Positions 24,629-37,399 of a stretch of DNA of 64,000 bases are shown here, in pieces. Both the position numbers and the translations under genes were made by a program. The notes beneath the pieces were generated by a model that was given only the letters and a program-made list of their open reading frames with translations, was not told where the DNA came from and made no database searches. The stretch is from Vicugna vicugna (lineage: Eukaryota). Location of the stretch: contig MU058384.1 in the NCBI GenBank assembly GCA_013265495.1, positions 3,385,010 to 3,449,009 of the forward strand, in the 5' to 3' direction. Numbering within the stretch: the stretch's first letter is position 1; the number at the start of each line of letters is the position of its first letter.

Positions 24629-24792
24629 GGACCCAGTATGGATTGATGCCTGCAATACCTCTCTTCATTCTTGTGATATCTTTTCCTTAATTAATGATCC
24701 ATCAGGTTCTCTCTGGGCTAGAGTTAAAGCTAGGCTTGGACAAAAAGAATCAGCTTATGCAGAGTCAAAAGAGTTTATTTTATGCAGACACG
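24629..24792 (+). CDS. IFNGR1: IFNGR1 coding exon 3
   Basis: ttttag|[56 protein letters not shown]|gtgagt; 164 nt. Confidence 0.95.
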
Positions 24793-26327
24793 GTGAGTAG
24801 AACATACACATGTCTAAATTTTACATTTGAAAAGTGCTTTACCCATGTCTTCTGTATATATTCGCTTTTATTAGCAGTTGCTAAAATGATCACAGTGCCC
24901 CAGAAACATTTGGAGGAATGTAGGGAGTTCGTGTCTTCCTCTTCTGTCAAGTCCCACAAAATAGGGTCCCCTCACTCTGCCCCTTGTACACCGCTGCATT
25001 TCCACTGTCTGGACATGGCACCACCTCCCCGCTGTCTTCTGTCAGTCCCTCCCAATTACATTCGCTAAGGACTTCGAGAGCTGTTTGCAGTCTTCCCCTG
25101 TACCGTAAGTCCTCAAGGCCTGTGGGGATTTGAATACCGATTTAATACATTAAAAATAATAAGAGTTCCATAATCTCTTCAGCCGCAGTGATTTCCAGCT
25201 CTTCACACTTCAGGCATCCACGGTGCTGTTCCCGTGGTGTACCTGGTCTTTGTTGTCACCTCGAGCTCTGGCCTCTTCAGTGCCAAGTCCTCCCCTCCGG
25301 CTAACCTCAGCCTTGTAGCGCTCACACCCTCGCTCCTGGCTGAAAGAAGCCGTTGGTCACTGGACTCCTCCCTGGTCTGCTGGCCCCTTCGTGCCTGGCC
25401 TGCCAGCTTCACCTTCATCCCTGTTCTGCTTCTGTGCTTTGTTACTTCAACCACTGCCTTGGTTCCACTCCTTCTTTTAGGGTTGTGTCTACTTTTCTCT
25501 TCTACAGGCCCCTCCTCTGCCTGCCCTTGAGGTACTTTTATTCTGTGTGGTCCACGCCTTTGTCACCTGATAATTATACCATCTATATATGTCAGCTTTT
25601 CCCCACACAAATGTATCAAGGGTATACTATGTGCCAGGAAGTATGCTAAGCCCTGTGGATACATTGGTGAGTGAAAACAGACCTGCCTGGCACACAGGTG
25701 TGTGATCAGTATGTGAAGAATAGATACTCTACCGTGGTTCACCTACAAAGTTCCAGACATCAAACACACATAATAAATAGTTGTTGAATCAGTGAATGTC
25801 GAGTTCTGATTTTCAAAGTAGAAGTTGAATGTATCTAGCAAGCTTTTATAGAGCCTTCATGCCAGACACCCATAGGCATTGGAAGTATAAACAGTTTTGA
25901 TGAGGATTCAAAGATAACTACAATGCCTTTTCTGAAATGTGTTATAGAAAACAGATCTTCCATTTAATGTTTTTTAATCTAAAGAATCAAAGATAAAGGA
26001 AAAATAATAGAGCTTCTATTATGTCAAGGCTTTTTACCAAGATTCATGACCAACTATTTTTCTTTAGGACAGGAAATGAATTTAAACTGTTAAAGAGGAG
26101 CTTAGATGAGATAAGAATACTTGTTGCCTGAGATTTATTAAAATTTCTTTATTAAGGACAGTTAGAATATCTTCTAGATATTTGTGGAATGGTTTAAACA
26201 TAGTCCTGCTTTACAACAACAACAACAAAAAGAGTAGGTTGATTGATTGATTTTGATAATGTTATGTAATACGCTGTGACATTCCAGGGCTGGTACAAAT
26301 TCTGTTTCTTTTTTGTCCCTTCCCCAG

Positions 26328-26500
26328 GGAAAATTGGACCACCTAAACTGGATATCAGAAAGAAGGAAGACCAAATCATTGTTGATATATTTCACCCTTT
26401 CATTACTGAAAATGGAAATGAACCAGAACTCGTGTATGATGATGAAAATTCTTGTTACACATTCATATACAATGTGTTTGTGAGGATAAATGGAAGTGAA
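26328..26500 (+). CDS. IFNGR1: IFNGR1 coding exon 4 (D2)
   Basis: ccccag|[25 protein letters not shown]...VRINGSE; GAA|gtatgt; 173 nt. Confidence 0.95.
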
Positions 26501-26989
26501 GTATGTGTTTCTGTTTCATCTTTTTCAAGCTGGAAATTTTTCTATTGCTAGCATAAGTTGTTTCCACATGTGGTGTGATGAAAATAGACTGTTTATGAAC
26601 ATTCAGGCAAGATTCACGGATCATAAGTTTTAGTTAGAAAGATGAAATATATATGAATGCTGTTGAAGGGAATTGGAAGTGGAGTTAATTTTTAACACTG
26701 GTCATTTGAGTATATTTTAAGTTTTTTCTTTGCCTCTTTTAGCAGCATGGTCCTAACCTATGATATCAACCTGTGTCTTTCCATTTCTCTAGTAGTTAAG
26801 ATGAGAAAATTTTAATCATTTTTTCCTCATTGGTAGTAAGGTAATGATGTAAAGTAATATGAAGCTCTAATTGGAATCATTGTTCTTGAAAGAAAAAACT
26901 AGCACTACTGCTATGAGGATGTGATTTCGTTCTGGCACTGGTGTGCGGACCACACTTTGATTAGAGTTTTCCTGTTCCATCCAGTCTCC

Positions 26990-27760
26990 ACAGCACTGCC
27001 GTTCCTTTATTTAACGGTATTTGTCAGGCACGTGCCCCGTGCCTTCTGGCACCAGGAAATGGCAGTGAACAGTACAGACAAAACTCCAGTTAAGTACTGT
27101 GGAATAGAAAACAGAGGTCTGAGCATTTACTGGGGGCCACTTCTCTGAAGGCATTGGAAGGATGTGACTTCCATTCCGAGTGAGACGCTGTGCCTCTGGA
27201 AAGATTTAGGCAGAAGAATGGCATCTGATTTAGGTTTTAAAACATCACTTTGGTTGCTAACGGAGTTGTCGTTCTAAAGTATGACTCTAACCATATTACT
27301 TCACTGCTTAAAACCCTTTAACAAATCTACATTAGCTACAAAGTAACATCTAAATTCTCTTCCACAGCCTTCATGATTTGGTCTCATGTCATTTCCAGCC
27401 CTCTGTCTCCCAAGCCCTCCAACTTGATTCTCGTTCGTGCTTTGGGCAATTGTTTGTTGTTCCTAGCTCCCTGCAGGTACCATGCTCTTTCAGAGAATGC
27501 CCTTCTCCACCTTTCCTACTTTGGAAAATTTCTATTCACTCTTCAGTATTCAGCTGGCATATCATCTCCCCTTGGGATTCTTTCCTGACACAGTAGACTA
27601 TTTCCTCTTCTGTGGTCTGGTTATTCCTAGATCCATACAGTGCAGGACTCCTTACTCTCTTACATTTCTTTCTTGTCTCTTTACCACACTCTATCATAAG
27701 TTATTTGAGGTCAGGGACCACTGCCCTACCTTTGTGTCCTCAGGCCCTAGCATCAGTGAT
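26990..27760. mobile_element. LINE-2 fragments in both orientations
   Basis: ggcagtgaacagtacagacaaa, ttttaaaacatcactttggttgct, cttcactgcttaaaacccttta, ttatttgaggtcagggacc. Confidence 0.55.
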
Positions 27761-28211
27761 CCATGATAAACTCCCAGAGGTGGCTTCACTCCCTTCTGTG
27801 CCTCACTGCCGACAAAGCCCAGGGCCTTTGCATGATACCTGTATGCTGGTATCTCTCACCAGCTAAGTTTCTAGCACTGTAGGAAGAGGACTAATGAACA
27901 TTTGTTGGTTTGGCAACTAATAATGAATATTCCTGCTATTTGAGTTTCTAAATTTATAATCTCTGTTTCAGTTTTTAAATTTATAATCCCTATAGAGAAC
28001 ATTTTAATGGATATATAGCATCATGCCATGTTGAAGTAACAAACTGGCTTATTGTTTGATATCAACACTATTTTCAGACATGTTCAACATTCATCATACA
28101 TATGTTTTCTTCAGATGTTTGACCAGAATATGATGGTTTGTTTGTTTATTTGTTTATTTATTGCAGATTAGAAGGAGCCATGCATTTTCATTGTTTTTTT
28201 TTTCCATACAG

Positions 28212-28401
28212 GCCACAGATAAAACATACATGAAGAAGATAGATGACTGTAATGAGACTCCATGCTTCTTAAGTATTCAGGTGTCCTCACTGAATTCTGA
28301 GTACTGTGTTTCAGCAGAAGGAGTTTCAGATTTGTGGGCTGTTAAAACTGAGAAGTCCAAAGAACTTTGTATTACCATTTTTGATGAGAAGAGCACACAA
28401 A
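28212..28401 (+). CDS. IFNGR1: IFNGR1 coding exon 5 (end of D2)
   Basis: atacag|GCC; ATDKTYMKKIDDCNETPCFLSIQVSSLNSEYCVSAEG...KELCITIFDEKSTQ; A|gtaagt; 190 nt. Confidence 0.95.
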
Positions 28402-28840
28402 GTAAGTTCTTGCCATTTTCCCCTGAGTACAGGGTAATGTGCAAAGAGGCAGTTTGCCACTTCAATAAATCTTCTCTCTTTTAAAAAATACTCAGTAGTT
28501 CCATTCCCCAGAGTTCAAAATTTAAAATAAGGTCATTTCTCAGGGATTAAAAGATACAAAACAACCAATTTAGAAAGTCATGTGATAACCTTTTGGCCCA
28601 GGAAAGAAAACAAATATAACAGACACATAAAACTATGTGCATAAATGTCTGCATTTCAGGATTATGCATAATAATTTAAGTCAGTTTACTTCAGTATAGC
28701 AAAATGCTATATAGCCGTTAAAATGTTCTTTATGGGTTCGGTAAGTTTAAAAACTAAAAAGCAGGAATGTTCATTGACTAAATTGTGTAACATGCGAAGC
28801 ACTGGAAATTAACATCCAAAAATAAATATAGATTGGTTTA

Positions 28841-29408
28841 ATTTTTTTAATTTATATATATATATGTATTTATTGAAGTATAGTCAGTTTACAGTGTGTG
28901 TCAATTTCTGATGTACAGCACAATGCTTCAGTGATACATATACATGCATATATTCTCATATTCTTTTTCCCCTTGAGTTACTACAAGATAATTGAATATA
29001 GTTCCTCATTCTATACAGTATAAACTTGTTTATCTATTTTATATCTATTAATTAGTATCTGCAAATCTGAAACTCCCAATTTATCGCTTCTTACCCCCTT
29101 CCCTCGCTGGTAACTATAAGTTTGTTTTCTATGTCTGTGAGTCTATTTCTGTTTTATAAATAAGTTAATTTGTCTTTTTTTTTTAGATCCACATATGAGT
29201 GCTATCGTGGTATTTTTCTTTCTCTTTCTGACTTACTTCACTTAGAAAGACATTCTCCAGGTCCATCCATGTTGCTGCAAATTGCATTATTTTTAAATTA
29301 TTTTTTATGGCTGAGTAGTATTCCATTGTATAAATAGACCACAGCTGCTTTATCCAGTCATCTGTTGATGGACATTTAGGTTGTTTCCATGTCTTGGCTA
29401 TTGTAAAG
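28841..29408 (-). mobile_element. Relatively young LINE-1 3' fragment
   Basis: Minus ORF 29183-29449 contains the L1 ORF2 C-terminus TIAKTWKQPKCPSTDDWIK...YTMEYYSAIK; imperfect TSD aaaaataaata..attggttta on both sides. Confidence 0.9.
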
Positions 29409-31287
29409 AAAAAATAAATAATTGGTTTACATGATGGATTATGGGTCATTTTTATATCACATGTTAAAATAACTTTTTTATTTTATTATCTTTTCTTTGT
29501 GTGAGGGGGATACATATAATAGAACTTCAGAACTGGCATTCTTAACTGGCAGGTACCTTAACAAAAATTTGGGCTCTTTGATGTTACAAAATTTAAGTGT
29601 TCATTATAGATAATTTATAAAACATAAAAAGCCAGAATGAAACAAAATTATCTGTAGTTCTACTATCCAAGCGAATACTCAGTTACTCACAGTTGGGTTT
29701 TTTCCATCCTATTTTTTTTCCTTTTCTACAACATAATCATGATCATACTGTATAGTATATGTAATTTTATATACTGCTTTAAGCATATACTATAAATATT
29801 TTCCATGTTATTTTACATATTTTATTAATATTTTTAATGTGTTTAGAATGTTTTATCATGTAGATTGTGTTTATTCAGTGTTCCTTAATTTTTGGACTTT
29901 TGGATTATTTATAGATTTTCTCCATGATAAATCATGCTTTGGTGACTGTCTTTGGGGGCATATGTATATTTTTTGTTATTGTTTGGATGTTTTTAGAATA
30001 TATTTCCTAGGGTTAAAAATGTACAAAAATTTATATAATACAAATATCTTTTTGAAGAATGGAAATCTAGGCTGAAGAATCAGACCAAACACCTAAATTT
30101 AAGACTAAAAATTTTTAGGCCATGATATAAGGGTTTCACATATGTGACTTAAAATGATGCAGTGTAATGAACTTAGTGCCAGTTTACATTTTGCTGTTTT
30201 GAAAAGAAGAATCCTAATTAATGCACAAAATTTGAAATGATACAAATGCCCCAGATTTATTAAAAAAAAAAAAAATCCTGAAGTATAAGGTGGGCTTATA
30301 TTGTGGCCACATGATGGCACCACCATGGCTCATGAGCAGCATTTCCTGTCTGCTCAGTGCTTCTAAGTGAGGTGCTTGTATTGCTTATGCGGTTATTTTA
30401 TCTTTTACTATTGTAATAATTTAATTTTTTTCACCTTCTGTAACAGGTGTGATACTGGCATTCATTTTAGTACCTTACAGAGTTACTATTTCAAGGAAGT
30501 AACTTTGGAATAGAAATTAAAGGTGATGAAATACCATGAAAGAGGGCAAACACGACCACAATACTTAAAGTTCTGTTAACTTGGAAGAGAGGACTCTGAA
30601 AAAAAATACTGACAATTATGCTGTGAAAATAAAAAGCAGCATCAGAGAAAAATAAACAATTGTGATTATAGATAATTTGTGCTCTGAAACAAATCTTCCC
30701 TGTTTTATATGATTCTTTCTATCTAGTTTGCATTCAAAGAGACTTCATTCCAATGCAACTTTCCTGTGTGTGTGTGTATGTATCTGTGTATATTTACTGT
30801 GCATCTGTGTATATTTATAGATTTTTGTAGTTTTTAAATAAATGCAAAATGTAACAATTCAGAAGAGTGAGACTAAATTATTTTAAGAGTTATAGACATT
30901 GCTAGAATTTATTTCTAAAGAGATATATTTTGAAATTTTTCTTTTGCCTTTTCAACTGAGAGAAAAGCTTAGCTCTGGAAACACCCTATATTTGGGGCTG
31001 TTAGGAAATTGTTATGAAAAAGCTGTTTTAGCCACACTGTATCCTGACAGTATAGTTGCAGAAAGTTTCAAATCTCAAAGCTGGGAAGAATCATACTGAT
31101 ATCTAGGAGAGGTAGAGCTAAGTTTAACTCATCTCTCCTGACTTCTGTGTCAGTGATCTTTAAATCTGACCATATTAATTACCTGAGGTGTAGATCTGTT
31201 AAAGAATAGCACGAAGACTTTATGACTGTTTGATGGATAGAGCAGTGTCCGTCGTAATTCTAATGTGTGACTTTTCTCTTTTCTCAG

Positions 31288-31415
31288 ATCCTGTTTGGAT
31301 TCCGATTGTTGCTGTTGTACTGCTCTTTCTGATACTTACCCCGGTAGTTGTGTTTTGTCTCATCAAGAAGGTGAATCCACTTAAGAAAGAAAACATCATG
31401 TTACCCAAATCCTTG
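31288..31415 (+). CDS. IFNGR1: IFNGR1 coding exon 6 (transmembrane helix and LPKS JAK1 box)
   Basis: tctcag|AT; PVWIPIVAVVLLFLILTPVVVFCLIKKVNPLKKENIMLPKSL; TTG|gtagtg; 128 nt. Confidence 0.95.
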
Positions 31416-31450
31416 GTAGTGTATTTAAGTATTTTTTCTTTAATTATATA

Positions 31451-31824
31451 CAGTTGGCCCTCGAACAACATGGGTGTGAACTGTGAGGGTCCACTTACAC
31501 TTGAATTTTTTTTCAATGAATTTATTGAAAAATGCTTTGGCGGTTTGTGACAATTTGAAAAAACTCAAAGACAAACCACGTAGCCTAGAAATATTCCCAA
31601 AATTAGGGAAAAGTTAGGTATGTCATAAATGTGTAAAATATGTGTAGATATACATATAACATATGAAATACATATTAATCAACCATTTGTGTTATCAGTA
31701 AGGCTTCTGGCCAACAGTGGGTTCTTAGTAGTTAAGTTTTTGGAGAGTCAGAAATTATCCGTGGATTTTCGACTGCACAAAGGCTCAGTGCCCCTAACTC
31801 TCAGTATTGTTCAAGGGTCAACTG
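31451..31824 (+). mobile_element. Tigger2a-like non-autonomous Tc1/pogo DNA transposon
   Basis: TIRs CAGTTGGCCCTCGAACAA / TTGTTCAAGGGTCAACTG flanked by TA on both sides. Confidence 0.9.
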
Positions 31825-33183
31825 TACACTAAAATGTTAATTTGAATCTTTTCGATAGTTCTTAAAATTTGTTTTTTAAAGTAGAAGGATGTTCAGCAGC
31901 ATGCCACCTATCACAAATCACTTAATCTACCACACATCCAAAACCACATGCTTTTTACTATGCACCAGATACTTTTTAACGCATGGGGCAAAAGCATAGG
32001 TAGACAAGTCTATTAAGGAGCTTAATGTCTAGTGGGAGAAAAAGAAAAGTATTCAGTGGGTGAACAGTGTGATAGGTTTAAAGCTAGAGGTTTTACATAC
32101 ATGCCAGTGAGGACTTCGTCTGCCTTTGAAGGGCAGGATTAGTCGTGGCTTTTCCAGAGGCAGTGATGTCTGAATAGTCTTGAGGGACAGACAGGCGTTT
32201 ATCCAGGTACTGAGGGACAGTACGTGCTAAGGCCCAATGTCAAGAAAGCATCACTTCTGAAAATCTGCAAATAGAGAAACACTTCATTGTGGCTGGAGTG
32301 TAGAAGGAAAGACGGCCAACAGTGAGACCAAACTAGAAGTTTGACATTTTAATGCCTAACGTTTAAAAGCCTTTGTATGAGGAAAAGAGCATTTTAAGGT
32401 AATAGAATGAGAACTATTTAAGTCAAGTATGATAGGGGTAATACCTGTAACATGCAAAGGGCATGTTTAAGTTTGGTAGGAAACATGACCTTTAAGTAGA
32501 GGGGATAATAAGAACTGTCAACAGCTAATAGACAACTCATGTGTGAATTACAGTGTTTACCCTAACTAGTAGTGAAGCACAAACCAGCCTCGCAACTATT
32601 TTACACTCACTAGAGAAGGAAAAACCTGAATATCCATTAGTACCTTAGTAATAGAACCGCTGTACACTGGGAAATGGTAATTACAGCCTTGTGGGAAGGT
32701 AAGCATGCAAGGGGTATACAGAGTAGTGGCACCATTAACACACACACCACACTCTTAGATTTAGTAATCCCACTCCTAAGAATTAATTCTTTAAAAAATT
32801 TCATAAAGGAAAAGATGTATAAAAATATTCACTCCAGCATGTTCCATAAATGGTTGAAGTTTGGAAATACCTTAACACTTAGATAAATTATTTAATCATC
32901 AGTATAAAATTATTAAGCCAATGAAAATTAGAATTATGAAGGCAGATGGTGCAAATACTACGTGAAATAAGGAGCTGTACTCCTGTTATAAATGTAACAT
33001 GCATACACATGGAAGGTAGTACACAAAAAGTTGGTGAGATAGTGACTTTCTAAAAACGCTAAAAACTTGTTTTTCATCTTGATATAATATATTTTCATTT
33101 AAAAGAAGGAAAAAGCAACCATCAGATTCTATTACATTGTTATCCTAAATATGCCATTTAGTGTTCACCCATTACCCTTAGAT

Positions 33184-33214
33184 CGTTTTTGTTTTTGTTT
33201 TTGTTTTTGTTTTT
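33184..33214. repeat. (GTTTTT)n microsatellite upstream of the exon 7 acceptor
   Basis: About 5 units seen directly. Confidence 0.85.
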
Positions 33215-33269
33215 GGATAGACACTTAAGTTTAATAATTATTTTTAATCATTGATTTCTGTTTCCTTAG

Positions 33270-33812
33270 CTGTCTGTGGTAAAAAATGGCTCTTTAGAGA
33301 CAAAACCTGAGCCAAAATATATATCACCCATCATCTACCAACCAATTGCCCTAGAAAACGAGCAGTTGTCTCCAGGGACAATTTCAAGCGTGCTTACTGA
33401 AGACAATCCAGGAAAAGCGGAACACGGAGATCTTTCTAGTGAAACGGAAGTGGTGACCACTGAAGAAAATATTTCTGACTTGTTCCCTAGTAGCCCTGTG
33501 ACCTCAGTAGAGACAGAGAATTCTGTCCACTCAAGCAGTAACCAGTCTGAACCCTGCAGCATCACTTTAAATGCCTATCACTCCAGAAATGGTTCTGATG
33601 GTGGCCTTGTGATACTGAACAACTGCTGTGACTCCGAAAGTAATAAAACTGAAATAAAGACAGAAGGGCAAGAGCCCGTAACACTGAGAAACACTACCAC
33701 CTCCTTTGGTTATGATAAACCACATGTGTTAGTGGATCTGCTTGTGGACGAAGGTGCTAAAGAGTCCTTGATTGGTTACAGACCTACAGCGGATTCCAAA
33801 GAGTTTTCATAA
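33270..33812 (+). CDS. IFNGR1: IFNGR1 coding exon 7 (cytoplasmic domain, STAT1 docking site)
   Basis: ccttag|[16 protein letters not shown] (YDKPH at 33711-33725) and [19 protein letters not shown]; joined CDS 1398 nt = 465 aa. Confidence 0.97.
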   Translation: MSVVKNGSLETKPEPKYISPIIYQPIALENEQLSPGTISSVLTEDNPGKAEHGDLSSETEVVTTEENISDLFPSSPVTSVETENSVHSSSNQSEPCSITLNAYHSRNGSDGGLVILNNCCDSESNKTEIKTEGQEPVTLRNTTTSFGYDKPHVLVDLLVDEGAKESLIGYRPTADSKEFS

Positions 33813-34320
33813 GATCAACCAAGATGCACCAGCTTGTACAACATGCTTTTCCCACGTAATTTTCTCGCTTTGAAAATTGTGTCTTGTTGGTATCAACCAA
33901 GTGGAGTATCATGGTTTAGATAAATGTATAAAAAGAGGCTGTTTGAAACTGTCAGAGTTGGTCTGAAGACTGCAGAGACTCTGTAAAAAAACAAAAAACA
34001 AAAACAAACAAACAAGGTCACATAGGAACCTTTCCATCTAAATGTGTTAACCGTGCCAGTGAATGCTCTCTAATAACTCTGCTTCCTGTGATAGAAGATG
34101 ATACCCCCAGGATCTTTTCTAACCACTTCTAGAGATTAAATGGATTTTTTTCTGTGCCTCATAGTGGTATTTGCTTTTGGTAGTTTATGTATATAGGCTT
34201 TCAGAAGTAACCTGAATGCTTTTGAAAATTGTACTTAAAATTTAATTGAAATGAACAGAATTAATAGAGTGTGTACATAGCATTTATATATTTTTTATGG
34301 AACATATTTAGAGATTTTTA

Positions 34321-34326
34321 AATAAA
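34321..34326 (+). terminator. IFNGR1: IFNGR1 polyadenylation signal
   Basis: AATAAA about 510 nt after the stop, followed by a U/GU-rich tract (tttttgtgttt). Confidence 0.75.
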
Positions 34327-37300
34327 ATAATTCTAAAATTCATTTTTGTGTTTATTCACTTAGGCAGTTAATTAATATTATTTATTCATTTGCATTAAAA
34401 TATTAATATTTTATTCATTTGCTTGTTTCCATTCACTAATATTATAGAATCACTTTCTAATTATTCATATCTTTAAAACAGTCCTGAAAATAGACTAATT
34501 TTTTAAAATGGGCCCTTTTATATCTATATTTTAATATTTAGCAACCGGTGTACAAAACACACACAGGCTTTGTGTTCTAAGCTTTCTGGGGAATAAAGCA
34601 GATTTAGCTACAGAGCATGAAGTTTGAGGAGTCTCTAGTGTAAACATGGGGGTCAAAGCTACAGGAGTGGGTGAGGAAGAACTGAAAAGTATGAAATACG
34701 AAGAAAGAATCCCCAACAAGAGGCAAACCAAGAGTTTACACAAACGTTCTTGGGAGTTACTAAGAGGATAGGAATTAACTGAGCAAAAATAAAACAGTAA
34801 AGTGCAAACTACACAAGCAAATTAACAAACCATGGGAAAAATATTTTTCATTTAAAAGTGCAAATTAAAACGAGGAGCTAGTTTAATTAGTGGGAAAACA
34901 GTACTAGTATGCTCACTTACTGGGAATAGTGTCTTATGAATTTCTTTTTTTAACCTATAGGAATGCACATAACTTTCCATAAAAATATGTGTTCTTCACA
35001 GAGTCTAATCGCTATTGTGGGAAAATTATGAAAAGTAAATCCTGAAGACATGAAAAATGCACACATTAGACTGGGCAAAAGCAGAAATATGAAAATAATA
35101 GATACAGCCAAGGATAAGGTAATAGTTACTGCTCTTCATAAGGACTGTACTAGGCATTACTGCCAATGTGAATGGAGTACCTGTTTGTTTATGCTATCTA
35201 ATTCTAACTGATAATCTTTTTCCTCTCTCCCAGTCTTACAGCATTAAAATAATGCTTTTACATGCATTTTGTTAATAATTAGTCAAGTTGAGTATATTTT
35301 ATATCATTAGATGTTTTGTACTTCTTTTGCAACTTGACTAACATCCCTTGCCCATTTCTTTCTAGGCTGTTTGTCTTTTTTATTGTATTTTATTGTACTT
35401 GCTCTACATTTCCCCCTTCTATGCTGCTACATGCTACAGCTTGGACTCTTTTGGTCACTTTCTACTAGAGATACCAATCGGGAATGAGTGAACAAACAAA
35501 AAAAAAACATACAATGAACTGTTTCCAAAATACCCCGTTTCATCTCATCTTTAAAACTGCCTGTCAGGAGGAATTGCTGTACCCATTTAAGATGAGGAAA
35601 TCGTGACTAGTCAGATTAAATGATTTACCCTGGGGGCGATGGAATGGGGATTCCGCCTCCCATACTTCCTCCAGTAAATCCTCAGCTGTCTGCTGGTCTT
35701 TATTCACACATTTGGTGACAGAGAGACCTTTGAATAGAGAATGTTTTCTGGGACACTGAGAGACTAGAAAAGTAGAACTATTTTAGAAATAGTTACAAAC
35801 TAAAGGAAAAAGGGGAGGGATTAAGCAGATAGAGGAAGGTAAGCCAAAAGACACCCAGCTCTTCTTTTTGTTGAGTACCAATTGCCACATTCTGTGAAAG
35901 TGTGCCAAGATCAGTGAACTGTTCATTTCCATCATTTACCCCCATTGTTTTCCCGCAGGGATAGAGCCAAACCAGATATGACTCACCCTCTATCCGTAGG
36001 GATCCTCTTTCCACACAGCAGGATTCCTGCTTGAATGTTTGGGAAACACCATGACAGCTATCAACTCATCAAGCCTGCAGGAGAGACTAAAGTTTATCAA
36101 GCTTTTGCTATAACAAGACATTAGCCAGATTTCTCTTACTGACCCTCCAAGCCACCTGGTGAGGCAAGTATTATACATTTTTTCCCAAGGGAGGAAACTG
36201 GGGCATAGGAAAGGTACAAATTGTTCTTTAGGTAAACTAGAAATCAAAGAGGTGTATCTTAGGAATACAATATAGCAGAAACTCAGAATGCACATGAAAC
36301 ACTGAGGATGGCAGGGCTGGTACCTTGTGCAGCTGTGGAGTGGGGGCAGGGTACAGCTCAAAAGCTAAGGAATCCACCAAGAGCTGGGATATGGGAGCCA
36401 GGAATCCAGCATGACCTTAGGCAGGAACCTCTGCTGGTGTCTGGCTGAGGGAAAGACAAGGCTGGAAGAGGAGGCAGGCGCCCTCTGCAGGATGAAGTTG
36501 GAGAGCCTATTTTGGGGAACATGGGATGTTTAATGTGTTCAGAGACCACAAGAAATCAAATGAAGTTAGTCAGTGCTCTGGGTTTGTCTGGGCATTCTAG
36601 GGAGGGAGGATTTAAAAAAAAAAAAAGACATCCTATAAGTCTTTGAGTACCAGGATGGGGACCCCACTACAAATGGATGAAGTTCTGAGAAGTGTATTTT
36701 GAGGGAATCAAACTTAGGTTTCACCTAACTCCAAAGTCCAGGCTTTCCCCACTGTGGTCTGACATCTCTGGCTTCCTATAAAAAAGGAACACTAAACCTT
36801 CCACTTGTCTTTGAACATGTTATTCTTTAACTTTGACAACTCGCAGCTACCTCCGGAAATAGCCTTAGGTGGAGCTAGAAATACACTGTAATAAGATACT
36901 TACGGTGATTACTTATAGTGCTATAATAAAATAGTATGTAAAGTCATTAAAATGCAAAAGGCACTTCCCTTACTGTGAGGTTCATGAGGATTTCAAAATT
37001 TTATTTAGAAGCTCAGTGTGTATCTTGTTGATTGTCTGGCCATGTTTTCTCTTTGCTCATGAATAATAAATTAATACTAATCTTCTTCTCTGCCCTTCAA
37101 CTCCCAGAAAGCAAAGCAATAAGACAGGGGATTTCCAAATTGCACATGGTTGCTAAAATCAGCATCTTTTTCTTCCCTGGGAATCATGAAAAAACAACAA
37201 AGAGAATTGAAATTTAAAAGCTTTTCCACTTGGAAAGTTTGTTTTTAGTTCTCTCTTTAAAAACCCTTGGATCAGAAAAAGTAATCTAAATTGCAGAAAT

Positions 37301-37399
37301 GTTTAAGGAAAAAAATCACATTTAAGAGCCAAGGGGAGAACCTATGGGAGACATTTCAGAGTAAATTTCTCATGTACATACTTGTACTGATATAAAATA

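Noticed and set aside
29183..29449. ORF with a TWKQPKCPS motif
   Set aside because: C-terminal fragment of a truncated L1 ORF2, not a host gene
34370..34422. Short duplication of ttattcatttgc just past the IFNGR1 poly(A) site
   Set aside because: AT-rich slippage-type duplication with no evidence of function
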